A stretch of 64,000 nucleotides of DNA from Macrostomum hystrix. Its lineage: Eukaryota > Animalia > Platyhelminthes. The notes beneath the pieces were generated by a model. The model saw nothing but the letters and a program-made list of their open reading frames with translations, did not search any database and was not told the origin of the DNA. Position numbers and translations under genes: made by a program. Shown here in pieces: positions 13,601 to 25,925 of this stretch. How positions within the stretch are numbered: position 1 is the first letter of the stretch; every line of letters begins with the position of its first letter. Location: the NCBI GenBank assembly GCA_950097015.1, contig CATNEN010000001.1:24118001-24182000 (forward strand), in the 5' to 3' direction.

Positions 13601-16541
13601 ACCTGCAGCCCGAGAGAGTCTTCCGCCCCCACCACCTGCAGCCCGAGAGGGTCTTCCGCCCCCACCACCTGCAGCCCGAGTGAGTCTTCCGCCCCCACCA
13701 CCTGCAGCCCGAGTGAGTCTTCCGCCCCCACCACCTGCAGCCCGAGAGAGTCTTCCGCCCCCACCACCTGCAGCCCGAGAGAGTCTTCCGCCCCCACCAC
13801 CTGCATCCCGAGAGAGTCTTCCGCCCCCACCACCTGCAACCCGAGAGAGTCTTCCGCCCCCACCACCTGCAGCCCGAGAGAGTCTTCCGCCCCAACCACC
13901 TGAGGCCCGAGAGGGTCTTCCGCCCCCACCACCTGCAGCCCGAGAGGGTCTTCCGCCCCCACCACCTGCAGCCCGAGAGAGTCTTCCGCCCCCACCACCT
14001 GCAACCCGAGAGAGTCTTCCGCCCCCACCACCTGCAGCCCGAGAGGGTCTTCCGCCCCCACCACCTGCAGCCCGAGAGGGTCTTCCGCCCCCACCACCTG
14101 CAGCCCGAGAGAGTCTTCCGCCCCCACCACCTGCAGCCCGAGAGAGTCTTCCGCCTTCTCTTTCTCGGATAAGCTATCAGCAGATTACAAAAAAGTTGCA
14201 TCTATTTTGGTAAAGCCCTTTCATCGGAAGCAGTCTCTTGCATTGCTCCTAATTAAACCATCGCTCCCCACGTCATACATGGTCGCCCAAATAGCCAGGC
14301 TGTCCACAACGTCCTGTGTGGTTTTCCCAGGCAGTTTTGTATACAGAACTGCATGGATTCAGCGATGACGGACGCACTGAACCAGTGTACCAGTGGGCTG
14401 CACTGTAGCCCCGCCGAACACAGTCGGATAAGTGAAATATTTGCAATGCCCTCTGCCTGAAATATTGTCCCCCGTTGTCGAGTCAAACTTTTACAAAAAA
14501 TGGACGAACGACAAAGGGGGGGGGAGACGGTGGGGCAGAGACGGTGGGGTCCACTTTGTGGTCCTTCGGTCGCCGCATGGGTTCCGATTTCGTCTTAGTT
14601 TTCCTGGTTGAAGATCTGCAGTGGGCGATCTTTAACTAGCACTGCTGCTGCTGTGCACTTTTATTCTGCTAGAAATCCTCGGGAGCCCCAGCCCTGGTTT
14701 TGGCACACCTGGAACTAATAAGCAGATTCTGGAAAATTAGAGAAACTGAAAACATATGTTTGAAACAATGCTGTGCTGAGATTTTGGGCAACTTTTGTCT
14801 TCATATTCGAATCCAGTCGAAGTGTCTCGATCTGTTCCTTCGAGTACATATTACACAGTCTGCTTAAAGATCACTGACAAAGTCTGCTCAAAGATCTGAC
14901 ACAGTCTGCTCAAAGATCTGACACAGTCTGCTCAAAGATCAGACACAGTCTGCTCAAATATCTGACACAGTCTGCTCAAAGATCTGACACAGTCTGCTCA
15001 AAGATCTGACACAGTCTGCTCAAAGATCTGACACAGTCTGCTCAAAGATCAGACACAGTCTGCTCAAAGATCTGACACAGTCTGCTCAAAGATCTGACAC
15101 AGTCTGCTCAAAGATCTGACACAGTCTGCTCAAAGATCAGACACAGTCTGCTCAAATATCTGACACAGTCTGCTCAAAGATCTGACACAGTCTGCTCAAA
15201 GATCAGACACAGTCTGCTCAAAGATCTGACACAGTCTGCTCAAAGATCAGACACAGTCTGCTCAAATATCTGACACAGTCTGCTCAAAGATCTGACACAG
15301 TCTGCTCAAAGATCAGACACAGTCTGCTCAAAGATCAGACACAGTCTGCTCAAAGATCTGACACAGTCTGCTCAAAGATCTGACACAGTCTGCTCAAATA
15401 TCTGACACAGTCTGCTCAAAGATCTGACACAGTCTGCTCAAAGATCTGACACAGTCTGCTCAAAGATCAGACACAGTCTGCTCAAAGATCTGACACAGTC
15501 TGCTCAAAGATCAGACACAGTCTGCTCAAATATCTGACACAGTCTGCTCAAAGATCTGACACAGTCTGCTCAAAGATCAGACACAGTCTGCTCAAAGATC
15601 AGACACAGTCTGCTCAAAGATCTGACACAGTCTGCTCAAAGATCTGACACAGTCTGCTCAAATATCTGACACAGTCTGCTCAAAGATCTGACACAGTCTG
15701 CTCAAAGATCTGACACAGTCTGCTCAAAGATCAGACACAGTCTGCTCAAAGATCTGACACAGTCTGCTCAAAGATCTGACACAGTCTGCTCAAAGATCTG
15801 ACACAGTCTGCTCAAAGATCTGACACAGTCTGCTCAAAGATCTGACACAGTCTGCTCAAAGATCAGACACAGTCTGCTCAAATATCTCAGACACAGTTTT
15901 CTGACACTAAAAACTGAACCAGCCAGTTTAATTAATTGACTAAGATTAGAAATGACAAGTTGTAAGCTCAGTTCTGAGCATCTTCAATGATTGCACGCAT
16001 TCGCAATCAATACGGCTAAGGGCCGCCTGCCAACTAATTATCGGCTCGAAACCAACTTTAACAAAAACAGGAATTGATCGAGACCAACCCTGGAAACACT
16101 CGGAAAAAACCGTGCAGACCACAAAGCTCGCGCCCAACCAGCTGTGTAGCACTTGTTGGAGTTGAGCTCAAAGCAAACCCACGCCAAGCCTCCCACTCAC
16201 TACTCAGACTCCGCAAACAGAATTCTTCCTCCTCTCCTAGAAACTGCCCGCCAAGATTTTTCCTCTGCGAGTTAAATCTCTTTCATTCCAATCCCCAAGA
16301 TTGCCTAACTCTCTTTCCGCTTATTCCCTCTCCCGAGCAGCAGCGGAGGCCGCTTGTTGGTCTGAGAGAGTGGGCGAACCAGACAGAAAACTTATTTCAT
16401 TCTGCTTTTCAAAGGACTTGCCTCCGGGCCGGTGGTAGGCAGACAGAAGGGCTGCGTTCGGGCGGAGAGAGACTTAATTTGACCTTGGCACGCCTGAAGG
16501 CTCGTTCTCTAGATCTTGGAGAAGAGGAGAGTGAGAGAGAG

Positions 16542-16575
<34 letters not shown>

Positions 16576-18404
16576 GTCATGGCATCGACTCAGTTCGGAA
16601 TTGCAAATTCCTAATTCTTCTCCTCCTCGTCTCGTTCTAATTATTTTTTTAGATTTTAGAATCAGCAGCAGAATCAGCCGGCTTAGTTTTGTTACTATAA
16701 GTGTACACATTATGGCCTAGCAATTAAAATCAATGTTGCAAGGACTCTTTCGGTTTTCATTATCTGAGCCAATAATTTTTCTTTCAAAATTTCATTTACT
16801 TGTTGATTTATAAGATTGAGAAGCTTCGCCCCGATGTAGTTCTTAGGAAGCATTAACTGCTTCAATATTTCATTACCTGTTAGATAATAAAAGCTGTTAG
16901 ATAGCTATCCACCTGTTAGATAACTGCCTTCCAGATAGACATCAGTTAACAATTTTTCCTTGCAGGCTTGTACTCACCTGTCCGCTGGTTCAAACTTTTC
17001 CGTGGAAGTTTGACGACAAGAACATTGAGTACTTCACCGGACCAAGATTCTTTGGACTGATCACCATTGCTCAAGTGAGAATTTTGCTTTCCATGAAAAT
17101 AGTAGGCAAATATTGCTCTGTGAGACCTCACTACAACACCCTACTCAGCCACCCCACTCAGGCACCCTACTCAGGCACCCTACTCTGACACCTCACTCCG
17201 ACACTCCACTCCGACACCCTACTCCGACACCCTACTCCGACACCCTACTCCGACAACTAACTCCGACACCTCACTCCGACACTCCACTCCGACACCCCAC
17301 TCCGACACCCCACTCCGACTCGGCCAGATCGCATCCTGGATGGTGTCCCTGACAACGCTGATTCTGTCAATCATATGCGGCGAGCGCTTCTTCAAAGCCG
17401 TCTGGTTTGGCGAGCAGGAGGAGCAGCAGTTTGCAGACGCCGCCTCAGCCGCCGACAGTTGCGAAAGCGCCGCCAATCGCGCTGTTGTCGGCGGCGCCAG
17501 CGGCTCTGCCGGTGGAGGCGGCGGCGGCGGCGGAAGCAGCGTCAGCGGAGGAGCGGAGAACAAGTCCGTGCCGGGAGCATCGTCAAACAGGCTGCCGCTG
17601 AACGGCATGATCCGCGAGAACCACGGTGCTCTCGCCGGACCGTCGGCTAAAGAGGAGCCGCTTTTACAGCAGCAGCAGCAGCAGCATCATCATCATCATC
17701 ATCAACAGCTTCCACCGCAGCCGTTATCCACGTCCGCGATCGTCAGCTCGCCCAGCGACTCAGCCGGCAGTGAAGAGTTGAGCACGCTGAATCACTCTCA
17801 GCATCGTCAAGGAATTTATGGCATCGGAGCGCTGCGTCCAGCAGCTTCAGTGACAGCGGCGTCTTCTGGTGCGGCGTCACTGCACCATCAGCAGCAGCAG
17901 CAGCAGCCGCCGCCGCCACCACCGCAGTTTGGCGGCCTCCAGATGATCAACAGTCTCGGACTGGTGGACAGTAGCAGCCTTGTCACCAGCGCGCATCTCC
18001 ACGCTCCCGCCATCGGCTGCCTGCATAGCACTCGGATCGGCCCGCCGCCGCAGACTCAGCCGCCGCAGCCTCCTGGATCATCGGCGGCAGCGGCAGCGGC
18101 AGCAGCAGCAGCAGCAGGTAACTGCGGCCACTTGTTGGCAGCAACCACAACAAGTACCTTTGCGCTGCGCAGCCCGACCATTCAGAGCACGCAGTCGCTA
18201 ACCCTCTCCCCTGTTGTGCTACACCACCACCACAGCCTACCAAGAAACTGCATTGTGGGAGCCCAGACTCCAGCAGCAGCCGCTGCAGCCGCAGCAGCAT
18301 CCTTTCACCAGCCTGTCTGCTGCCACTGCTACTGCCAGTTTGATCCCCTATCATCCGGCTGCCTGCAGACTGAAGAGGATCTGGAACTCGTCAGCACAGT
18401 GTAG
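10669..18404 (+). CDS. TMEM179B: TMEM179B-like four-TM protein, about 572 aa. Exons 10669-11033, 12737-12904, 16966-17074, 17328-18404.
   Basis: Phase-consistent GT-AG splicing gives LRWIQLTLYAASCIFALVSC..FTCPLYA..CFYSMYL / FTSELIASCVLTLGYNSWCKSI / LTCPLVQTFPWKF..RFFGLITIAQ / IASWMVSLTTLILSII. This matches the TMEM179 family pattern (CPLY, LxxGxxxxC, CxxxQxxPW, AxxxSW). Confidence 0.8.
11245..12720. repeat. About 22-bp C-rich minisatellite in TMEM179B-like intron 1
   Basis: tttctccatc(a/t)tcc(g/a)c(c/t)cccag units. Confidence 0.95.
12922..14155. repeat. 33-bp minisatellite in TMEM179B-like intron 2
   Basis: gtcttccgcccccaccacctgcagcccgagag(a/g) repeated about 37 times. Confidence 0.95.
14874..15900. 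repeat. 22-bp minisatellite in TMEM179B-like intron 2
   Basis: acacagtctgctcaaagatc(t/a)g repeated about 46 times. Confidence 0.95.
17135..17320. repeat. 13-bp minisatellite abutting the 3' splice site of TMEM179B-like exon 4
   Basis: ccctactccgaca-like units. Confidence 0.85.
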
Positions 18405-20476
18405 CGAGTGCCTAAGCCTGCAGCAGCAGTACCCGCACGGGGTGTTTTATGGGCCCAGTCGGTTGGACTATGGCTGGAGGGACCAGTACTGAAGTAGCCC
18501 GATTCTATCGCAGCATGGATGTACACAGTCGAAGGCAGGGTGTGGCAGATGTGCATTCTAGAGTGTACATTTGGATAGAAAAATTGCCAATGCTTCAAAT
18601 GTACATATGGTGAGAGAGCTTGAATGCACATAATAAGATGGAACTATAATAGGCAAATTATAATTTAAGAAATCATCTGAATTTCATTCTTTCTCTCTGT
18701 CTGAATTAGACAGACGTACATTATAGAATGTACATTAGGTAGGGTAGAAAATTAGTTGAAGATTTGGATGTACATTTGTGGGCAGAGATATATGAGCGTA
18801 GGATGTACATTTTGCGTCATAAAAAAAAGAATTTGAAATAAGAAAAAATTCTGCGAAAGAAAATTTAGCAGTCAGTTAATTTTTTTACGATTGGCGAAAG
18901 AAAGTTAATCTCAATAAATTAGAATTACAATTAGACTTCTCATGGTTTCCTCTTAATATAATAAATTTTTTTTGCGCGTTATTAGCAAATAATTCCTCAC
19001 CAATGTATGTAACTAAATTAACTATTGCAACAGTTATTACTCGCGCGTTTCATATACTCGTACAACTTTTACTTCTCCCGAAATTATATATTTTTTTAAA
19101 GTGAAACATGACTGCATTGCTGTTGTCATTTTATAAAAATATTAATTATATACCTTATAATTACATTGTTTAGCAACGAGTCTATTTGCTCACACATTTT
19201 TCGTCTCTTATCTGACCTGATCTGATCTCTTGAGACAGAGTCACAATTAATCGCGTTAAATTAAGTAGCAACATTTAAATCAATAATTTGTCCCATTGCA
19301 TCGCATGCGAACTAATGTTATAAACAAAATTACATATTTTTAATGCATGAAAACGCGGCTGATATATTAGTGCGAAAAAATTGCGAAGATGCTTTCTTAA
19401 ATGACGTATTTACCCTTGTTTATTATATAACTATTTTCAAGAACGATATCCATTCCCATGATTGGCTAAGGGCTAAAACAGATCGAATTGTTCATGGAGG
19501 TGCGGCTGATTATATAGACTCATAAGATTTTAAGCGATCGGAACAAATCAGGAAATTAACCCAAAGTAAAGTTAGTGATCAACATTTTGAAAGTGAATTC
19601 ATTTTACAATTGGCAAAGCGCGCGCAACGATTATCATATTTCCTCTGTTTTGATTGCCCCCCCCCAATGAGTTCAATCTTGTCTATATTTTTTCTACTTT
19701 TTTTCACATCGATTATATAGCAAAGCGTGTGAATAGTACTTTTATATCTGTGTGACGCAAGCGCCTTATAACTCCTGATACCTGACATTGTATTAACTAT
19801 CTCATTATAAATATTGAGTGATCCTCGCCTGTCTAAACTATACTAAGTTATCCTAAGATCAAAACTGAATTTCAAAATCATTCTACACATGTCAAATGAC
19901 AAATCATGCATGGAGTGAAATTGACGTGACCCCATGGAGTCAAAATATTTCATAGGTAATTTATGGATATATTACCTTATCCATATATATATTATATATA
20001 TATATATATATTATCTATATATATGGATATAAAAGAGCGATTTATGAATCGCTCTTTTCCAGGAAATTCAGGAACAGAAGATTTTTGCTGCTCTGATTAG
20101 TTGTGCTCATTTCTCATTCAGAACTGACGTGCGAAATATATTTTTTCAAGGTACCTGATTAACAAAAAAATACAAAATTGAAATCAACGAGATGTAGACT
20201 CGTAATTTAGACTCGGTTGTGCACAGAAATCGCTTCGGAACTCATTGAAAGTGTTTAATAAACACAATCAAAAGGATGTAGATAATATTGAATATGTTGC
20301 TATTTTTAGAAACGCTAGCCGGGAGCCTTAACCTTGGTCACGTGACTGGCCGCTGCCAATCAGGTTTCGAAGTCAAATTTTAGCGATGTTGGAGTGCTTT
20401 GCCACCCAGCAGTCGTTGTCTGAGAGTTAAAGAGGGCACTTGTAAATACTAAAGGCGTTTTAGCAAAAGCACAGAT

Positions 20477-20711
20477 TTTAATGCGGGAAAATCTCCAGGA
20501 CTTTTAACGATCTTTGGAATTCAGCCTAATTCAGTCCAATCTATCTACAGCGGCAATTTCAATTTAAGCAACAGATTTGCCTGAACTCCCAATTCGCTTA
20601 TAAAATATGGCCGCCACACTGCGCCATTCTGTTACGACACATTTCCCCAGTCGAATTCTTAGTCCAGTGTTCGAGTGAAGATCGTTAAAAGTAGCAGGAG
20701 TCGCATTAAAT
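20477..20711. mobile_element. Probable MITE of about 235 bp with terminal inverted repeats
   Basis: Perfect 15-bp inverted repeat acttttaacgatctt (20500-20514) / aagatcgttaaaagt (20678-20692), extending outward through ctcc/ggag and tttaatgcg/cgcattaaa. Confidence 0.55.
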
Positions 20712-21259
20712 GGGATTGAGGTAGGCCTATTTTATCCCATGAATAAGATACGCCGGAGGAACAAGGCCGGGAAATTTTAACTTCCTTCGATCAGAAAATT
20801 TTGTACAACTTCGCTCACAAATTTTCCCGCTCTTCTGGGGATCATATTTCTGCTGGCTAGCTGTACTGCAGTCCATCAACAGCGAAGGCGTGAAATTAAA
20901 TTTTATCCCAGCCTTCGCTGCATTCTTCCCCAGAGATCGCTGAGGTCCCCGAGGTCCGCCCCGAGGCTTATCGGCATCCGGTGGCAGCTTTGCTTTTGCC
21001 AATTTTCAACTTTTCGACGATTTTTGCGAAGCTAATTTCTGTGGCTCAAGTAAGTAGCCACAGTTCCAATAACCGTTTATCCAATAGATTTGTGCAATGC
21101 GACGGAATTTTCACAGAATTTTTTACCGAACTTGCACTCAATATGCCATAGCCTAGAGCTTGAATTGCCAATCTAGACAGGACTCTAGCATGCAGGAATA
21201 TTTGATAAAATAATAGAGCAAGTCGCTTTGGTAATCGCATCAGGAGCCGTAACAGAACT

Positions 21260-22220
21260 TTAGCTAGAATCGCAGCAGGATCCGCAGAGAGAATCGTAGC
21301 TAGAATCGCAGAAGGATCCATAGAAGGAATCGTAGCTAGAATCGCTGCAGGATCCGCAGAGAGAATCGTAGCTAGTATCGCAGCAGGATCCGAAAAGAGA
21401 ATCGTAGCTAGTATCGCAGCAGGATCCAAAAAGAGAATCGTAGCTAGAATCGCTGCAGGATCCGCAGAGAGAATCGTAGCTAGAATCGCAGCAGGATCCG
21501 AAAAGAGAATCGTAGCTAGAATCGCAGCAGGATCCGAAAAGAGAATCGTAGCAAGTATCGCAGCAGGATCCGAAGAGAGAATCGTAGCTAGTATCGCAGA
21601 AGGATCCGCAGAGAAAATCGTAGCTAGTATCGCAGCAGGATCCGAAGAGAGAATCGTAGCTAGAATCGCAGCAGGATCCGCAGAGAAAATCGTAGCTAGA
21701 ATCGCAGCAGGATCCGCAGAGAGAATCGTAGGTAGTATCGCAGAAGGATCCGCAGAGAAAATCGTAGCTAGAATCGCAGCAGGATCCGAAAAGAGAATCG
21801 TAGCTAGTATCGCAGCAGGATCCGAAGAGAGAATCGTAGCTAGAATCGCAGCAGGATCCGCAGAGAAAATCGTAGCTAGAATCGCAGCAGGATCCGCAGA
21901 GAAAATCGTAGCTAGAATCGCAGCAGGATCCGCAGAGAGAATCGTAGCTAGTATCGCAGCAGGATCCGAAGAGAAAATCGTAGCTAGTATCGCAGCAGGA
22001 TCCGAAGTGAGAATCGTAGCTAGAATCGCAGCAGGATCCGTAGGAAGAATCGTAGCTAGAATCGCAGCAGGATCCGAAGAGAGGATTTTAGCTAGAATCG
22101 CAGAAGGATCCGTAGAGAGAATCGTAGCTAGAATCGCAGTAGGATCCGAAGAGAAAATGGTAGCTAGAATCGCAGTAGGATCCGAAGAGAGAATCGTAGC
22201 TAGAATCGCAGCAGGATCCT
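21260..22220. repeat. 36-bp minisatellite
   Basis: gctagaatcgcagcaggatccgcagagagaatcgta repeated about 26 times; source of the spurious 408-aa ORF. Confidence 0.95.
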
Positions 22221-22869
22221 TAAAAACATCCCAGAGCAACCATCCCAGATTGAGCCAAAGCCAAGGCTGCAACCAAACAATAATGCTCCCTAATCGATCC
22301 GCCTGTTTCTGAGTTTCTACTCTGAGTTACTGGCCTGAAAATCCGAGCACGTTGTCGACACACGGGCCGACGTGAACTGCAAGCTAAAATATGGATCTGG
22401 CCGGCAAGCCAGTCACGTGATCACAGATCACGCGGTGATCGCGTGAGCGAAGGACATTCCACCCCCCAACACCGCCGCTGGCAATGATTATTGGCATTGG
22501 AATTCGATCAGGGGCACATAGTCATCAGATTAATACATGCGAGAGCTGAGTGTGCTGAGACACAAATATAACTAAACAAGACAGCGGCAGAAAGGGAGAA
22601 GACACGCCATGATGCTCAGCGGACAGATTGGCAAGACCAGAACTACCGAGTGAAAACTGACTGCAGGGAAGGATGAAGTTTTGCATAACGCGTGGCTGAA
22701 CCGACTTTTCAGCAGATTGTTTATTTCATGCATTTTTATGTTGACGCAACTTTATTGCTCGTCTCACATTTTTCTGTCTCAGTTCCATGGAAGCAAAAAA
22801 AATTATTTAACGCTTCGTTCCTTTATTTTATTTGTTTCGTATTGACTTCCCACCAATCAACCCCCACCT

Positions 22870-25410
22870 TTACTCTCTACCCCTTTCTCTTACTCTACTC
22901 CCTCTCTCCCTACTCTCTACCCCCTCTCTCCCTGCTCTCTACCCCCTCTCTCCCTGCTCTCTACCCCCTCTCTCCCTGCTCTCTACCCCCTCTCTCCCTA
23001 CTCTCTACCCCCTCTCTCCCTACTCTCTTACCCCCTCTCTCCCTACTCTCTACCCCCTCTCTCCCTGCTCTCTACCCCCTCTTTCCCTGCTCTCTACCCC
23101 CTCTCTCCCTGCTCTCTAACCCCTCTCTCCCTGCTCTCTACCCCCTCTCTCCCTGCTTTCTTACCCCTCTCTCCCTGCTCTCTACCCCTCTCTCCCTGCT
23201 CTCTACCCCCTCTCTCCCTGCTCTCTACCCACTCTCTTCCTGCTCTCTACCCCCTCTCTCCCTACTCTCTACCCCCTCTCTCCCTGCTCTCTTACCCCCT
23301 CTCTCCCTAGTCTCTTACCCGCTCACTCCCTGTTCTATTAAACATCTCTCCCTACTCTCTACACCCTCTCTCCCTACTCTCTTACCCCCCTCTCTCCCTA
23401 CTCTCTTACCCCTCTCTCCCTAATCTCTACCCCCTCTCTCTCTGCTCTCTACCCCCTCTCTCCCTGCTCTCTAACCCCTCTCTCCCTGCTCTCTACCCCC
23501 TCTCTCCCTGCTTTCTTACCCCTCTCTCCCTGCTCTCTACCCCCTCTCCCTGCTCTCTACCCCCTCTCTCCCTACTCTCTTACCCCTCTCTCCCTAATCT
23601 CTACCCCCTCTCTCTCTGCTCTCTACCCCCTCTCTCCCTGCTCTCTAACCCCTCTCTCCCTGCTCTCTACCCCCTCTCTCCCTGCTTTCTTACCCCTCTC
23701 TCCCTGCTCTCTACCCCCTCTCCCTGCTCTCTACCCCCTCTCTCCCTAGTCTCTTACCCGCTCACTCCCTGTTCTATTAAACATCTCTCCCTACTCTCTA
23801 CACCCTCTCTCCCTACTCTCTTACCCCCTCTCTCCCTACTCTCTTACCCCTCTCTCCCTAATCTCTACCCCCTCTCTCTCTGCTCTCTACCCCCTCTCTC
23901 CCTGCTCTCTAACCCCTCTCTCCCTGCTCTCTACCCCCTCTCTCCCTGCTTTCTTACCCCTCTCTCCCTGCTCTCTACCCCCTCTCCCTGCTCTCTACCC
24001 CCTCTCTCCCTAGTCTCTTACCCGCTCACTCCCTGTTCTATTAAACATCTCTCCCTACTCTCTACACCCTCTCTCCCTACTCTCTTACCCCCTCTCTCCC
24101 TACTCTCTTACCCCTCTCTCTGTTGTGACTCACGATCCTACAGCCTTTGGGGAAGCTGCGACAGCCCCAGGTCCCAGTCGGGTGCCACCCGTTCCGTCTC
24201 CCAAGGAATGGCAGAAAAGAACTCACGGTATCTCGGCTGATGCAACAGTTAGTAGCCGGTCGGTTTTATTTGCACTAAGATAGATAGTCTCGTAACTGGT
24301 GGGCAGACGAGGTTAGCAGGGTCTAATTAACTGGGCACAACTATATAGCTAGGTTGGCACCACAGAACTCCGGGCTTTAGCGACAAAACAAACAGGGGGT
24401 GGGGTACGAGAGCGCGCAAGGCGGGTGAGATGTACATTCAACAATTAGGGGTAGGCTGGGCGATCGATACATATGAACTGGGGTGGGGCACGCTAGCCGA
24501 CTGGCGGGGCAGGGAATGAGAAAGAGATGAAAATGATAGGGCAGAGGTGAGGGCTGCGTCACAACATCTCTCTAATCTGTACCCCCTCTCTCTCTGCTCT
24601 CTACCCCCTCTCTCCCTGCTCTCTAACCCCTCTCTCCCTGCTCTCTTACCCCCTCTCTCCCTAGTCTCTTACCCGCCCACTCCCTGTTCTATTAAACATC
24701 TCTCCCTACTCTCTTACCCCCTCTCTCCCTACTCTCTTACCTCTCTCTCCCTACTCTCTTACCCCTCTCTCCGTAGTCTCTACCCCCTCTCTCCCTACTC
24801 TCTACCCCCTCTCTCCCTAGTCTCTTACCCGCTCACTCCCTGTTCTATTAAACATCTCTCCCTACTCTCTACACCCTCTCTCCCTACTCTCTTACCCCCT
24901 CTCTCCCTACTCTCTTACCCCTCTCTCCCTAATCTCTACCCCCTCTCTCTCTGCTCTCTACCCCCTCTCTCCCTGCTCTCTAACCCCTCTCTCCCTGCTC
25001 TCTTACCCCCTCTCTCCCTAGTCTCTTACCCGCCCACTCCCTGTTCTATTAAACATCTCTCCCTACTCTCTTACCCCCTCTCTCCCTACTCTCTTACCCC
25101 TCTCTCCCTACTCTCTTACCCCTCTCTCCGTAGTCTCTACCCCCTCTCTCCCTACTCTCTACCCCCTCTCTCCCTAGTCTCTTACCCGCTCACTCCCTGT
25201 TCTATTAAACATCTCTCCCTACTCTCTACTCCCTCTCTCCCTACTCTCTACCCCCTCTCTCCCTAGTCTCTTACCCGCTCACTCCCTGTTCTATTAAACA
25301 TCTCTCCCTACTCTCTACTCCCTCTCTCCCTACTCTCTACCCCCTCTCTCCCTACTCTCTACTCCCTCTCTCCCTACTCTCTACCCCCTCTCACCCTACT
25401 CTTTTTTCTC
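22870..25410. repeat. Polypyrimidine (CT-rich) satellite of about 22-bp period with higher-order duplications, interrupted by a solo LTR
   Basis: ctctctaccccctctctccct(g/a) units; recurring marker ctccctgttctattaaacatc. Confidence 0.95.
24121..24566 (-). mobile_element. Solo LTR, 446 bp, probably Gypsy-type
   Basis: Termini TGTTGTGAC...GTCACAACA (perfect 9-bp inverted repeat, TG..CA). tctc on both sides is compatible with a 4-bp TSD. TATA-like ctatatag near 24345 and AATAAA on minus near 24268. Confidence 0.8.
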
Positions 25411-25925
25411 TCTCTCTACTATCAACCTCCTAGATTCATTCATTCATACTATTTTGTTATTATTTGACTCAATTAAGTCGGCCAAACATAGCCAATGCAG
25501 TCTGTAGTTTTAAATTAGCATAGCAGAAGACCTTTATATGGCCCTCTAATAATAAACTAAAGCCGATGTGCCTGTCGACAGCCTGGGCGAACGGCCAATC
25601 AGCATGCCGCTATATTCCCTATACTGGTTGGGTTGAAGAAACGCTAACAAAATACGACTTTTAGAGGATCTGAATATTAAACTGTATAAACTGTTCTCAG
25701 ATAGGACCAACTGCTTCTTAGCTGCAGCCTGGTGTGTTTTGAGATTCAACTATAAAATTCTCCTAACATAAACAGTACAGAAGCTCATAAATAATGTCTT
25801 CTCAACAGCACCTCAATGACCGTGAATATGTATTTTCTTATAGCTCTTGTGACTGCAATCCTTTTTGACGATATAATCGTAGCTCCATTGTTGGTTCTAC
25901 AACGTCAATAGAACTTAATAGAACT

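Noticed and set aside
14331-14460. Candidate extra TMEM179B-like exon
   Set aside because: No family similarity and it runs into a stop; exon 16966-17074 supplies the expected motif in the correct phase.
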